The notes below the pieces were generated by a model. That model was given only the letters and a program-made list of their open reading frames with translations, had not been told where the DNA came from and ran no database searches. DNA of 28,387 bases from a virus (taxonomy: Duplodnaviria > Caudoviricetes): the IMG/VR virus record IMGVR_UViG_3300047562_000517, positions 1 to 28,387 of that record, one strand, 5' to 3'. This document shows positions 1 to 9,789 of the stretch, piece after piece (position 1 is the stretch's first letter; every line of letters starts with the position of its first letter). A program made the position numbers and the translations under genes.

Positions 1-1
1 G

Positions 2-2080
2 CAGGTGTATAGCATACAGAATTTAAAAATAGCTTTACCACCTCAACCGTTGAAACTAGAAAAAGAAAATAACAAGTGGATCAAAAAAGATTATCCAAAA
101 GAGCTGAGTAGGATAAAAACAATATTTGACTGGAGAGATACCACCGACAATTTTAAGGAAAAGTGGGAGCCATACATTGAAGAGGAGTTTGAAAAAAGAG
201 AAAATGGTTTTTGGTTTTATAATAATAATGTTGCAACTTATGTCACCGGAACGCACTACATGTATCTTCAATGGAGTAAGATAGATGTTGGGGCGCCGGA
301 TTTTAGAGAAGCTAATAGATTGTTTTTTATATTCTGGGAAGCTTGCAAGGCTGATCAAAGATGCTACGGTATGTGTTATTTGAAAAACAGACGATCTGGT
401 TTTTCTTTTATGGCTTCAGCTGAAACCGTTAACATGGCTACTATATCGAGTGATAGTAGATTTGGTATACTATCAAAAACAGGCGCTGATGCTAAAAAGA
501 TGTTTACTGATAAAGTTGTGCCAATATCAGTTAACTATCCTTTCTTTTTTAGACCAATACAAGATGGTATGGATAGACCTAAAACAGAACTAGCTTATAG
601 AGTTCCTGCTTCTAAATTAACTAGAAAATCTATACAATCAACCGACAAAAAAGAACAATTAGAAGGTCTTGATACGACTATAGACTGGAAAAATACAGGG
701 GATAATAGTTATGATGGTGAAAAATTAAAACTGTTAGTGCATGATGAATCTGGCAAATGGGAGAAACCTGATAATATATTAAATAACTGGCGAGTTACAA
801 AAACCACTCTTAGACTAGGATCTAGAATAATTGGCAAGTGTATGATGGGTAGTACATCAAATGCTTTAGATAAAGGTGGTGAAAATTTTAAGAAATTATA
901 TTACTCTTCTGACGTTACAAAGCGAAACCGCAACGGACAGACTGCTTCGGGATTATATTCTTTGTTCATACCTATGGAATGGAATTACGAGGGATTCATT
1001 GATTCTTATGGAGCACCTGTATTTAATACACCTGAAACAGAAATTGAAGGACCGTACGGAGACATAATAGATATTGGTGTAATAGAACACTGGGAAAATG
1101 AAGCTGAAGGTTTAAAAAACGATCAAGATGCTTTAAATGAATATTATAGACAGTTTCCAAGAACTGAAGAACACGCTTTTAGAGATGAAACTAAAAATAG
1201 TATATTTAATATTGTTAAACTTTACGAACAAATAGATTACAATGAAGGTATAGGTTATGGAAATGTTGTTACAAAAGGAAACTTTCAATGGGAGAATGGT
1301 ATAAAAGATACTAGAGTGCTTTTTACACCAAATCCAAACGGAAGATTTAATATAACTTGGGTTCCAGAACCTTCTTTACAAAATAAACAAATTGTAAAAA
1401 ACGGTATTAAATACGCGGGTAATGAGCATATTGGTGCGTTTGGATGCGACTCTTATGATATATCCGGAACAACCGATGGAAAAGGATCAAAAGGATCTTT
1501 GCATGGACTAACTAAGTTTAGTATGGAAAATGCTCCATCTAATTCTTTTTTCTTAGAATACATAGCTAGGCCACAAACAGCTGAAATGTTTTTTGAAGAT
1601 GTTTTAATGGCTTTAGTGTTTTACGGAATGCCACTACTTGCTGAAAACAATAAACCTAGATTATTATATTATTTAAAGAGAAGAGGTTATAGAGGATACT
1701 CAATGAATAGACCTGATAAAATTTGGAATAAACTTTCAGTTACCGAAAAAGAAATAGGTGGTATACCAAATACTAGTGAAGATATTAAGCAGGCACACGC
1801 TGCAGCTATAGAGACATATATAGATAGATATGTTGGTCACTTAGGCGACGGTAACTATGGTGATATTTATTTTAACAAAACTTTAAATGATTGGATTAGA
1901 TTCGACATAAACAAAAGAACTAAATTTGACGCAACTATTAGTTCTGGTTTAGCGATAATGGCTTGTAATAGGCATTTATATAACCCAATGGCGTCTGTAG
2001 AAAAAAAATCAATAAATTTGAATATCGGAAGATATAAAAATAACGGAATAAGATCAAAATTAATAGAAAATTATGGCTGA
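2..2080 (+). CDS. terL: Terminase large subunit (5'-truncated by window edge)
   Basis: Frame is open from position 2. Walker A-like LKNRRSGFS, Walker B LLVHDESGKW, coupling motif GST, nuclease acidic motifs GCDSYD and FDATISSGLA. Directly upstream of the portal with an 8-nt overlap. Confidence 0.93.
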   Translation, partial: QVYSIQNLKIALPPQPLKLEKENNKWIKKDYPKELSRIKTIFDWRDTTDNFKEKWEPYIEEEFEKRENGFWFYNNNVATYVTGTHYMYLQWSKIDVGAPDFREANRLFFIFWEACKADQRCYGMCYLKNRRSGFSFMASAETVNMATISSDSRFGILSKTGADAKKMFTDKVVPISVNYPFFFRPIQDGMDRPKTELAYRVPASKLTRKSIQSTDKKEQLEGLDTTIDWKNTGDNSYDGEKLKLLVHDESGKWEKPDNILNNWRVTKTTLRLGSRIIGKCMMGSTSNALDKGGENFKKLYYSSDVTKRNRNGQTASGLYSLFIPMEWNYEGFIDSYGAPVFNTPETEIEGPYGDIIDIGVIEHWENEAEGLKNDQDALNEYYRQFPRTEEHAFRDETKNSIFNIVKLYEQIDYNEGIGYGNVVTKGNFQWENGIKDTRVLFTPNPNGRFNITWVPEPSLQNKQIVKNGIKYAGNEHIGAFGCDSYDISGTTDGKGSKGSLHGLTKFSMENAPSNSFFLEYIARPQTAEMFFEDVLMALVFYGMPLLAENNKPRLLYYLKRRGYRGYSMNRPDKIWNKLSVTEKEIGGIPNTSEDIKQAHAAAIETYIDRYVGHLGDGNYGDIYFNKTLNDWIRFDINKRTKFDATISSGLAIMACNRHLYNPMASVEKKSINLNIGRYKNNGIRSKLIENYG

Positions 2081-4499
2081 GTCAGTTGTAAAAAGTTATT
2101 TTCCTAGTCAAGTAGCTAGTGACTTAGAAAAAGTTACCCCAGAGTATGGGTTGAAAGTCGCTAAAGCTATAGAACATGAGTGGTTTAAAAGAGACTCAGG
2201 TACTAATAGGTTTTATAACAATCAAAACACGTTTCACAGAAGAAGGCTTTACGCTAGAGGTGAACAATCAATACAAAAGTATAAAGATGAATTGTCTATT
2301 AATGGTGATCTATCTTACTTAAACTTAGACTGGAAACCAGTTCCAATTATACCAAAATTTGTTGATATAGTTGTAAACGGTATAAGTGAAAGAACCTTTG
2401 ATATTAAAGCTTTCTCTCAAGATCCTTATGGTATTGAAAAAAGAACTGCTTACATGGAGTCTGTTTTAAGAGACATGCAAACAAAAGAGCTAAGTAATTT
2501 TGCAATGGAGGCTTTTGGCGTTAATCTCTTTGAAAATCCTCAAGACAAGATACCAGAGAATACAGAGGAACTCGAGTTACACATGCAGTTAAACTATAAG
2601 GAATCAGTTGAAATCGCAGAGGAACAAGCCATAAACACAATACTTGAATCCAATAGATACGAATTAATAAGAAAAAGAGTTAACTATGATTTAACTGTTT
2701 TAGGTATAGGTTGTGCAAAAACAACATTTAATAAATCAGAAGGCATAAAAGTAGAATATGTTGATCCTGCTGATATTATTTATTCGTATACAGATTCACC
2801 TTATTTTGAGGATATTTATTATGTCGGTGAAATAAAAACAATACCTATAAACGAGCTTAAAAAACAATTTCCACATCTAGACGAAGAGCAATTAGAAGAT
2901 CTAACCAAACAAGGTATTCAAAATACCGACTTTTATCATAGAACGATAAATGAAACAAATAATGTAGATAAAAACTCTGTTCAAATACTTTATTTTAATT
3001 ACAAAACATACGCTAACGAAGTTTATAAAGTAAAACAAACAGGAACTGGTGCTTCTAAAATATTAATAAAGGACGATACTTTTAATCCACCAGCAGAAAT
3101 ACTTGACGATAAATTTGAAAAAGTTTCTAGATCAATAGAGGTTTTATACGAAGGAGCTTTAGTCTTAGGGACAAATACATTGTTAAAATGGGAGTTGGCT
3201 AAAAACATGATGCGCCCAAAGAGTGATTCTACTAAGGTTAGAATGAATTATTCTATAGTAGCACCTAGAATGTACAAAGGACGTGTTGAATCATTAGTAA
3301 GTCGAATTGAAGGTTTTGCTGATATGATTCAAATAACACATTTAAAGCTACAACAGGTTTTATCTAGAATGGTTCCTGACGGAATATATTTGGATGCTGA
3401 TGGACTTGCGGAAATAGATTTAGGAAATGGTACTAATTATAATCCTCAGGAGGCGCTTAATATGTTCTTCCAAACTGGTTCTGTTATTGGTAGATCCTTT
3501 ACTTCTGAAGGAGATTTAAATCCAGGTAAAATACCTATTCAAGAAATAGCATCTGGATCTGGTAATAATAAGATAGCATCGTTAATAAACACGTACAACT
3601 ACTATCTGCAAATGATTAGAGACGTAACTGGATTAAACGAAGCTAGAGATGGTAGTATGCCTGACGCTAAAGCGTTAGTTGGTGTTCAAAAAATGGCGGC
3701 TGCTAACAGCAACACAGCTACTAGACACATACTACAAGGAGGATTATTTATAACAGCTGAGATAGCAGAGGCGTTATCTTTGAGAGTATCTGATATATTA
3801 GAGTATTCTCCAACTAGAGATGCCTTTGTCCAGCAAATAGGTATACACAATGTGTCTACGCTAGAAGACGTAGACCAATTGCATCTACACGATTTCGGTA
3901 TTTTTATAGAGTTAACACCTGATGATGAAGAAAAAGCTATGTTAGAGAACAATATACAGATGGCTATATCGCAAGGCACTATAGATCTAGAAGATGCAAT
4001 TGATGTTAGAGAAGTTAAAAATTTAAAGTTAGCTAATCAATTATTAAAGCTTAGAAGAAAGAAAAAGCTACAAAGAGATCAATTGATTCAGCAACAAAAC
4101 ATGCAAGCTCAAGCAGAGGCGAATATTCAAGCTCAGCAAGCAGCTGCCCAACTTGAAGTGCAAAAACAACAAGCATTAACTGGTTCTCAAATACAATTAG
4201 AGCAAGCGAAATCTTCTTTAAGCTCTCAAAGATTAAAAGAAGAGGCTAACTTAAAGAAAGAGTTAATGTCATATGAATTTCAAATAAACATGGCTTTAAA
4301 AGAAAAAGAGGCTGAAGTTTATAAATCTAAAGAAAGTTTTAAAGAAGACAGAAAAGACGATAGAACTAAAATACAAGCAAGTCAACAAAGTCAACTTATA
4401 GAGCAAAGACAAAAAAACACCGGACCAAAAGATTTTGAATCATCAGGAAATGATATATTGAGTGGTGATTTCGATTTAGGTTCTTTTGAACCCAGGTGA
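2073..4499 (+). CDS. Portal protein, crAss-like
   Basis: 808 aa, follows terL. Contains PIIPKFVDIVVNG and VTGLNEARDG segments typical of crAss-like portals, and a Gln/Ala-rich C-terminal coiled coil (barrel). Confidence 0.88.
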   Translation: MAESVVKSYFPSQVASDLEKVTPEYGLKVAKAIEHEWFKRDSGTNRFYNNQNTFHRRRLYARGEQSIQKYKDELSINGDLSYLNLDWKPVPIIPKFVDIVVNGISERTFDIKAFSQDPYGIEKRTAYMESVLRDMQTKELSNFAMEAFGVNLFENPQDKIPENTEELELHMQLNYKESVEIAEEQAINTILESNRYELIRKRVNYDLTVLGIGCAKTTFNKSEGIKVEYVDPADIIYSYTDSPYFEDIYYVGEIKTIPINELKKQFPHLDEEQLEDLTKQGIQNTDFYHRTINETNNVDKNSVQILYFNYKTYANEVYKVKQTGTGASKILIKDDTFNPPAEILDDKFEKVSRSIEVLYEGALVLGTNTLLKWELAKNMMRPKSDSTKVRMNYSIVAPRMYKGRVESLVSRIEGFADMIQITHLKLQQVLSRMVPDGIYLDADGLAEIDLGNGTNYNPQEALNMFFQTGSVIGRSFTSEGDLNPGKIPIQEIASGSGNNKIASLINTYNYYLQMIRDVTGLNEARDGSMPDAKALVGVQKMAAANSNTATRHILQGGLFITAEIAEALSLRVSDILEYSPTRDAFVQQIGIHNVSTLEDVDQLHLHDFGIFIELTPDDEEKAMLENNIQMAISQGTIDLEDAIDVREVKNLKLANQLLKLRRKKKLQRDQLIQQQNMQAQAEANIQAQQAAAQLEVQKQQALTGSQIQLEQAKSSLSSQRLKEEANLKKELMSYEFQINMALKEKEAEVYKSKESFKEDRKDDRTKIQASQQSQLIEQRQKNTGPKDFESSGNDILSGDFDLGSFEPR

Positions 4500-4533
4500 T
4501 AATAGTAAATGTATAATTATATAATATTTTATC

Positions 4534-5733
4534 ATGACAAAACAAGAAAAAGAAACTGTTTTAGACGAGGTTGTTGATCAGGAAACAGTAGAAAGTCAAG
4601 AAATAACAGAAAATCAACCTCAAGAAGAAGTTGTTGAACAAAAAACAACTACTATAGACGAAGATGGTACTATTAAGGTGGATTTAAGAAATTTAAATAA
4701 ACAACAAGAAGTTGCCGAGACCAATGAAGTGGAAGCCGTCAATCAACCAGATAACAATGTGGTTGAACAATTACCACAGCAAGAAGAAGTTCAAGAAATA
4801 GAAAAACAGATTGTTGAAGAGGTAACTGAAGAAGAATTTGAAGAACAAGCAGCAGAATTAGCTGAGGAAGTTCAAGAAGCTATCGCAGAGAAAGAGGAAA
4901 GCGGAGTACAACTCCCTGAAAACATTCAGAAGGTAGTAGATTTCATAAATGAAACAGGTGGTAGTCTAGAGGACTATGTGCGTTTAAATCAAGATTATTC
5001 TCAACTCAATGAAATGCAATTATTAAGAGAATATTACGAGAATACAAAACCACATTTAGACAAAGAAGATATTGACATCTTAATGGAAGATTTTTCTTTT
5101 GATGAGTCTTTGGATGACGAAAGAGATATTAGAAAAGCTAAAATAGCTTTTAAAGAAGAAGTAGCTAAAGCTAAAGGTTATTTAGAAGGACTAAAAGGCA
5201 AATACTACGAGCAAATTAAAGCTGGATCAAGATTAACACCTGAACAGCAAAAAGCAGTTGAATTTTTTAACCGCTATAACAAAGAAAACGAGGAGACATC
5301 TAAAATAGTAAAAAAACAATCTGAAATATTTTTGAATAAAACTAATAAGGTTTTTGACGATAAATTCAAAGGTTTTGAATATAATGTCGGTGAAAAAAGA
5401 TTTAGATTTAATGTAAAAAACGCCAACGAAGTTAAGCAAAGTCAAAGTGACATAAATAATTTTGTTAAAAAGTTTTTAGCAGAAGATAACACAATGAGTG
5501 ATGCTAAGGGTTATCATAAAGCGCTTTTTACAGCTATGAACGCAGATGCTATTGCTAATCATTTTTACGAACAAGGAAAAGCTGACGCTATTAAAGAAAG
5601 CATTTCTAGATCAAAAAACGTAGATATGAGTCCGAGAGGGGTTCACGAAAAAACTACGAATGTTGATGGTGTAAAATTTAGAGTAGTATCCGGAGATGAT
5701 TCTTCATCGCTTAGAATAAAAATGAGAAAATAA
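4534..5733 (+). CDS. Putative capsid scaffolding/assembly protein
   Basis: 399 aa with a very acidic Glu/Gln low-complexity N-half and a helical C-half. Lies between portal and MCP. Confidence 0.65.
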   Translation: MTKQEKETVLDEVVDQETVESQEITENQPQEEVVEQKTTTIDEDGTIKVDLRNLNKQQEVAETNEVEAVNQPDNNVVEQLPQQEEVQEIEKQIVEEVTEEEFEEQAAELAEEVQEAIAEKEESGVQLPENIQKVVDFINETGGSLEDYVRLNQDYSQLNEMQLLREYYENTKPHLDKEDIDILMEDFSFDESLDDERDIRKAKIAFKEEVAKAKGYLEGLKGKYYEQIKAGSRLTPEQQKAVEFFNRYNKENEETSKIVKKQSEIFLNKTNKVFDDKFKGFEYNVGEKRFRFNVKNANEVKQSQSDINNFVKKFLAEDNTMSDAKGYHKALFTAMNADAIANHFYEQGKADAIKESISRSKNVDMSPRGVHEKTTNVDGVKFRVVSGDDSSSLRIKMRK

Positions 5734-5752
5734 CTTTTAAAAATTTAAAAAA

Positions 5753-7213
5753 ATGAGTTTTGCATCACAAGGGGCTTACCCCGCTGGATTAACTCCTGCA
5801 CCTACTAAAACTTTATTTGACAAAAACTATTTGTCAATTAGTGGAGGAGATTTTGATTTTACAAAACAGTTTTTACCAGAAGTATACGAAAAAGAAGTTG
5901 AAAGATATGGAAACAGATCTGTATCTTCTTTTTTAAGAATGGTAGGAGCTGAAATGCCTATGGCTTCTGATGAAGTTGTATGGACAGAACAAGGAAGATT
6001 ACACGTTGCTTACGACAGTGCTAAAGTAAAAGTTGATAACACTGCTTCTGATAAAACGTTAGTTATTCTTGATTCTGCTGGAAACCCACAAGCTCACGCT
6101 ATTAGAGCTAATCAAACAATCATCGTTTCTAAAGGATTTGAAAGCGTAAAAGCTTTTGTTCAATCTGTAGACGCTGCTACTGGTGAGTTAGAGGCTTATC
6201 CTTTAACTTCTGCTAACTGGCCAGCTTCTTTCGTAGCTGTTGCTAACCCAACTGACCTTAAAGTATTTGTTTACGGTTCTGAGTTTGGTAAAGGATCTGC
6301 TGGAATGGACAAATCTATTGACGCTGGATTCCAAAAGTTTAGTAATTCACCAATTATCATTAAAGATAAATACAACATCAACGGTTCTGACACTGCTCAA
6401 ATCGGCTGGGTTGAGGTTACCTCTGAACTTGGGACTTCTGGTTATTTGTGGTATTTAAAATCTGAGCATGAAACAAGATTAAGATTCGAAGATTATCTAG
6501 AAATGACTATGGTTGAGGCTGAAAAAGCTACTCAAACTATCGACATTTTAGATAACGCTGGAGCTGATTCTGGTCAAGACGTTAGAGGTACTGAAGGTCT
6601 TTTTGCTGCTATCGAAAGCAGAGGTTTGGTTTTCAACGATCACGACTTTGATAACGGAACTGGACTTCAAGGTCTTGCTGAGTTTGACATTATCCTTAAA
6701 GAACTAGACAAACAAGGAGCTATCGAAGAAAATATGTTGTTCTTAGATAGAGGTACTTCTCTTTCTATCGATAACATGTTGGCTAGAGCTAATTCTTACG
6801 GAAGTGGTGGTACTTCTTATGGAGTATTTAACAACTCTGAAGATATGGCACTTAATCTAGGTTTCTCTGGTTTCAGAAGAGGTTCTTATGATTTCTACAA
6901 AACAGATTGGAAATATTTGAATGACGCTGCTACAAGAGGTCTTACTGATGACATCGACGGTGTACTTGTACCTGCTGGTGTTTCTACGGTTTATGATCAA
7001 ACTTTAGGTAAAAACATTCAAAGACCTTTCTTACATGTTAGATATAGAGCTAGCGAAGCTGATGATAGAAGAATGAAAACTTGGATCACAGGTTCTGTTG
7101 GTGGTAACTATACTTCTGACATCGATGAAATGAATGTTCACATGTTATCTGAAAGATGTTTATGTGTACAAGGTGCTAATAACTTTATCTTATTCAAAGA
7201 TACTGCTAACTAG
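5753..7213 (+). CDS. Major capsid protein (HK97 fold, crAss-like)
   Basis: 486 aa. Position after portal and scaffold, highly-expressed-type codon bias (GCT, TCT, AAC, ATC, TTC), GTEGLFAAIESRG segment, followed by a terminator. Confidence 0.88.
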   Translation: MSFASQGAYPAGLTPAPTKTLFDKNYLSISGGDFDFTKQFLPEVYEKEVERYGNRSVSSFLRMVGAEMPMASDEVVWTEQGRLHVAYDSAKVKVDNTASDKTLVILDSAGNPQAHAIRANQTIIVSKGFESVKAFVQSVDAATGELEAYPLTSANWPASFVAVANPTDLKVFVYGSEFGKGSAGMDKSIDAGFQKFSNSPIIIKDKYNINGSDTAQIGWVEVTSELGTSGYLWYLKSEHETRLRFEDYLEMTMVEAEKATQTIDILDNAGADSGQDVRGTEGLFAAIESRGLVFNDHDFDNGTGLQGLAEFDIILKELDKQGAIEENMLFLDRGTSLSIDNMLARANSYGSGGTSYGVFNNSEDMALNLGFSGFRRGSYDFYKTDWKYLNDAATRGLTDDIDGVLVPAGVSTVYDQTLGKNIQRPFLHVRYRASEADDRRMKTWITGSVGGNYTSDIDEMNVHMLSERCLCVQGANNFILFKDTAN

Positions 7214-7236
7214 TAATCATTTAACAAAAGTAATTA

Positions 7237-7268
7237 TTGCCCTCGTTTTATCGACGGGGGTAATTTTT
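7237..7268 (+). terminator. Intrinsic terminator after MCP
   Basis: TTGCCCTCGT (7237-7246) pairs with ACGGGGGTAA (7254-7263): 10 bp with two G-U pairs, 7-nt loop, followed by TTTTT. Confidence 0.75.
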
Positions 7269-7301
7269 ACACTTTTATCAACTTTTTAATTTTATTATAT
7301 T

Positions 7302-8123
7302 ATGGCTAAAAAAACAATAGCAGAAGAAACTATTGAGGTTGCGCCTCAGTCAACTGGTAACAAAACTGCACCAGTTCAAAAGAAACCAGAGTGGGAGATT
7401 AAAGATAGAGTTTATTTCTTAAAATCTAATAAAAAACCACTTATAACAACATTACCAGCAAAACACTCTAGAAAAAGACCATTATTATGGTTTGATGAAA
7501 ATACTGGGTTGCAAAGAGAACTTAGATACGCTACTAATCAAAACAGTCCGTTTGTTGATGAACAACAAGGCGAGGTTACTTTAGGGCAAATCGTATTTAG
7601 AGATGGTGTTTTGCAAGTGCCTAGACAACAACAAGCTTTACAAAAACTTTTGTCTCTTTATCATCCATTAAAAAATGGTTTATATTATGAGTTAGACACT
7701 GTTAGAGAAGCTGAAGATGATCTAGATTATATTGAAATGGAATTAGAAGCATTAAATGCCGCTAAAACACTAGACATTGATCAACTAGAAGCTATTTTAA
7801 GAGTTGAGGTTGGTAATAAGGTAAACAATATGACTAGTAAAGAAATAAAGAGAGATGTCATGTTGCTTGCTAAAAGAAATCCAGCTTTATTTTTAGATCT
7901 TGCTTCTGACGAAAATGTTCAACTTAGAAACTTTGGTATTAAAGCTGTGGAAGCTGGTATCATAAATCTATCACAAGATCAAAGAACATTCAACTGGGGA
8001 TCTAACGGTAGAAAATTAATGACTGTACCTTTTGACGAAAACCCATATTCAGCTTTAGCTGCTTGGTTTAAAACTGACGATGGCGTTGAAGTGTATAGCA
8101 ACATAGAAAAAAGACTAAATTAA
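7302..8123 (+). CDS. Conserved crAss-like virion-module protein downstream of MCP, function unknown
   Basis: 273-aa ORF with AT-rich initiation context TTTATTATATTATG, in the syntenic position after MCP. Confidence 0.6.
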   Translation: MAKKTIAEETIEVAPQSTGNKTAPVQKKPEWEIKDRVYFLKSNKKPLITTLPAKHSRKRPLLWFDENTGLQRELRYATNQNSPFVDEQQGEVTLGQIVFRDGVLQVPRQQQALQKLLSLYHPLKNGLYYELDTVREAEDDLDYIEMELEALNAAKTLDIDQLEAILRVEVGNKVNNMTSKEIKRDVMLLAKRNPALFLDLASDENVQLRNFGIKAVEAGIINLSQDQRTFNWGSNGRKLMTVPFDENPYSALAAWFKTDDGVEVYSNIEKRLN

Positions 8124-8129
8124 AGTCAC

Positions 8130-8172
8130 TTATAGCGGTTAGGCCGCTGTAATCGTGGCCTAATCACTATAA
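8130..8172 (+). promoter_or_regulatory. Long intergenic RNA hairpin with an alternative fold
   Basis: 8130-8147 pairs with 8155-8172 (18 positions, 1 mismatch, 2 G-U). Ends 9 nt before the ATG at 8182. No downstream U-tract. Confidence 0.7.
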
Positions 8173-8181
8173 AAAAATAAC

Positions 8182-8877
8182 ATGGCAGTAAGTATAGATA
8201 CAGTTTATCAAAGAGTTCTTGCGATACTAAACAAAGAGCAAAGAGGATACTTGACGCCTCAAGAGTTTAATCTGTTTGCGAATCAAGCGCAAATGGATAT
8301 TTTTGAACAATATTTTTATGATATAGAACAATTCGGTATGTTACACGGTAATGACACCGAATACTCTGATATGTTAAATATATTAAATGAAAAGATAAGT
8401 TTGTTTGAAAAAACAGAAACTTTAACTTATTCTAACAATTACTGGATTTTACCATCTGATTTATATAGACTTGGAACCATTATATATGGTGGAAACGAAG
8501 TAGAGAGGGTAAATAAAAACGAATACTTGTACATAACATCTTCACCAATAGCAGCTCCAACAGCTGAGTTCCCTATATATACCAAAGATATTAACGGAAT
8601 AAAAGCTTATGGGCTAACTGATATCGACGACTCTGTTGGATCTTTAAACTGTAACTACATTAAAAAACCAACAAAAGTTGAGTGGAAATACCAAGTGGTG
8701 TACGGTGAAGCATTGTATGACTCGACATATTCTATTAATTTTGAGCTGCATCCATCCGAGGAGGTTGAGTTAGTTATGAAAATATTATCACTAGCCGGGG
8801 TATTGATAAGAGATTTATCGGTATATCAACTAGCAGCGCAAGAAAACGCTATGAACATTCAACAACAAAAATCTTAA
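8182..8877 (+). CDS. Tail ring / head-tail adaptor protein (tail tubular type)
   Basis: 231 aa, N-terminal LNKEQRGYLTPQEFNLFANQAQ helix motif and YIKKP motif typical of crAss-like ring proteins; synteny. Confidence 0.65.
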   Translation: MAVSIDTVYQRVLAILNKEQRGYLTPQEFNLFANQAQMDIFEQYFYDIEQFGMLHGNDTEYSDMLNILNEKISLFEKTETLTYSNNYWILPSDLYRLGTIIYGGNEVERVNKNEYLYITSSPIAAPTAEFPIYTKDINGIKAYGLTDIDDSVGSLNCNYIKKPTKVEWKYQVVYGEALYDSTYSINFELHPSEEVELVMKILSLAGVLIRDLSVYQLAAQENAMNIQQQKS

Positions 8878-8880
8878 TAA

Positions 8881-9786
8881 ATGGGTTTATTCACTGGAAC
8901 ACAACAGCAATACTACGAAGGATCAGACGGAAATCAAGCTAGTAACATAAATGATTACGGTGGGTATCAATTTATAAACTTAAGAGATTTAGTTAACAAC
9001 TTCATCATAAATTATGTGGGTGAGGATAAGATTATAAGTAAGATAAAAAGAACAGATGTTGCATACCACGTTAGAAGAGGTATACAAGAATTTACATATG
9101 ATATTTTTAGATCTCAAAAGTCACAAGAAATAGAAATACCACCAAGTCTTCAAATGCCATTACCACATGATTATGTAAATTACGTAAAAGTAACTTGGGT
9201 AGATGATAGTGGTATTGAAAGAATAGTGTATCCAACTAGAAACACGAGTAACCCACTTCCTATAATTCAAGATAATAATTACGAATACACTTTCGATAAT
9301 AATGGCGAATTGTTAACAGCTAATGAATCTGAGACTTGGAAAAAATTTAAAAAAAGGCAACAAGATAATCAAGATGATTTAAATAATCTTGAAAACGATG
9401 CTAATCTAACACAGTTACTAGGTGGAAGATACGGTATTGATCCAGAATACGCTCAGTCAAATGGTGTGTTTTTTATAGACCCAATAAAAAACAAAATATT
9501 TTTTGACGCATCGTTAATGGGTAAGATTATAACGCTTAAATACATAAGTGACGGTTTGGCTACTGATGAAGAAATGATTGTGCATAAATTTGCAGAAGAA
9601 GCTGTGTATAAATATGTAGCATTATCTATTTTATCAGCTAGAGCAAATGTACCTGAGTATATAATTAATAGATTTAAAAAAGAAAAATTCGCAGCTGCTA
9701 GAACCGCTAAACTTAGATTATCTAATTTAAAAATAGAGGAGTTTACTCAGGTTATGAGAGGTAAGTCTAAGCAAATAAAACACTAA
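8881..9786 (+). CDS. Second tail ring / tubular protein
   Basis: 301 aa with LPHDYVNYVKV motif, resembling LPSDLYRLG of the upstream ring protein. Immediately precedes the muzzle gene. Confidence 0.6.
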   Translation: MGLFTGTQQQYYEGSDGNQASNINDYGGYQFINLRDLVNNFIINYVGEDKIISKIKRTDVAYHVRRGIQEFTYDIFRSQKSQEIEIPPSLQMPLPHDYVNYVKVTWVDDSGIERIVYPTRNTSNPLPIIQDNNYEYTFDNNGELLTANESETWKKFKKRQQDNQDDLNNLENDANLTQLLGGRYGIDPEYAQSNGVFFIDPIKNKIFFDASLMGKIITLKYISDGLATDEEMIVHKFAEEAVYKYVALSILSARANVPEYIINRFKKEKFAAARTAKLRLSNLKIEEFTQVMRGKSKQIKH

Positions 9787-9789
9787 AAC

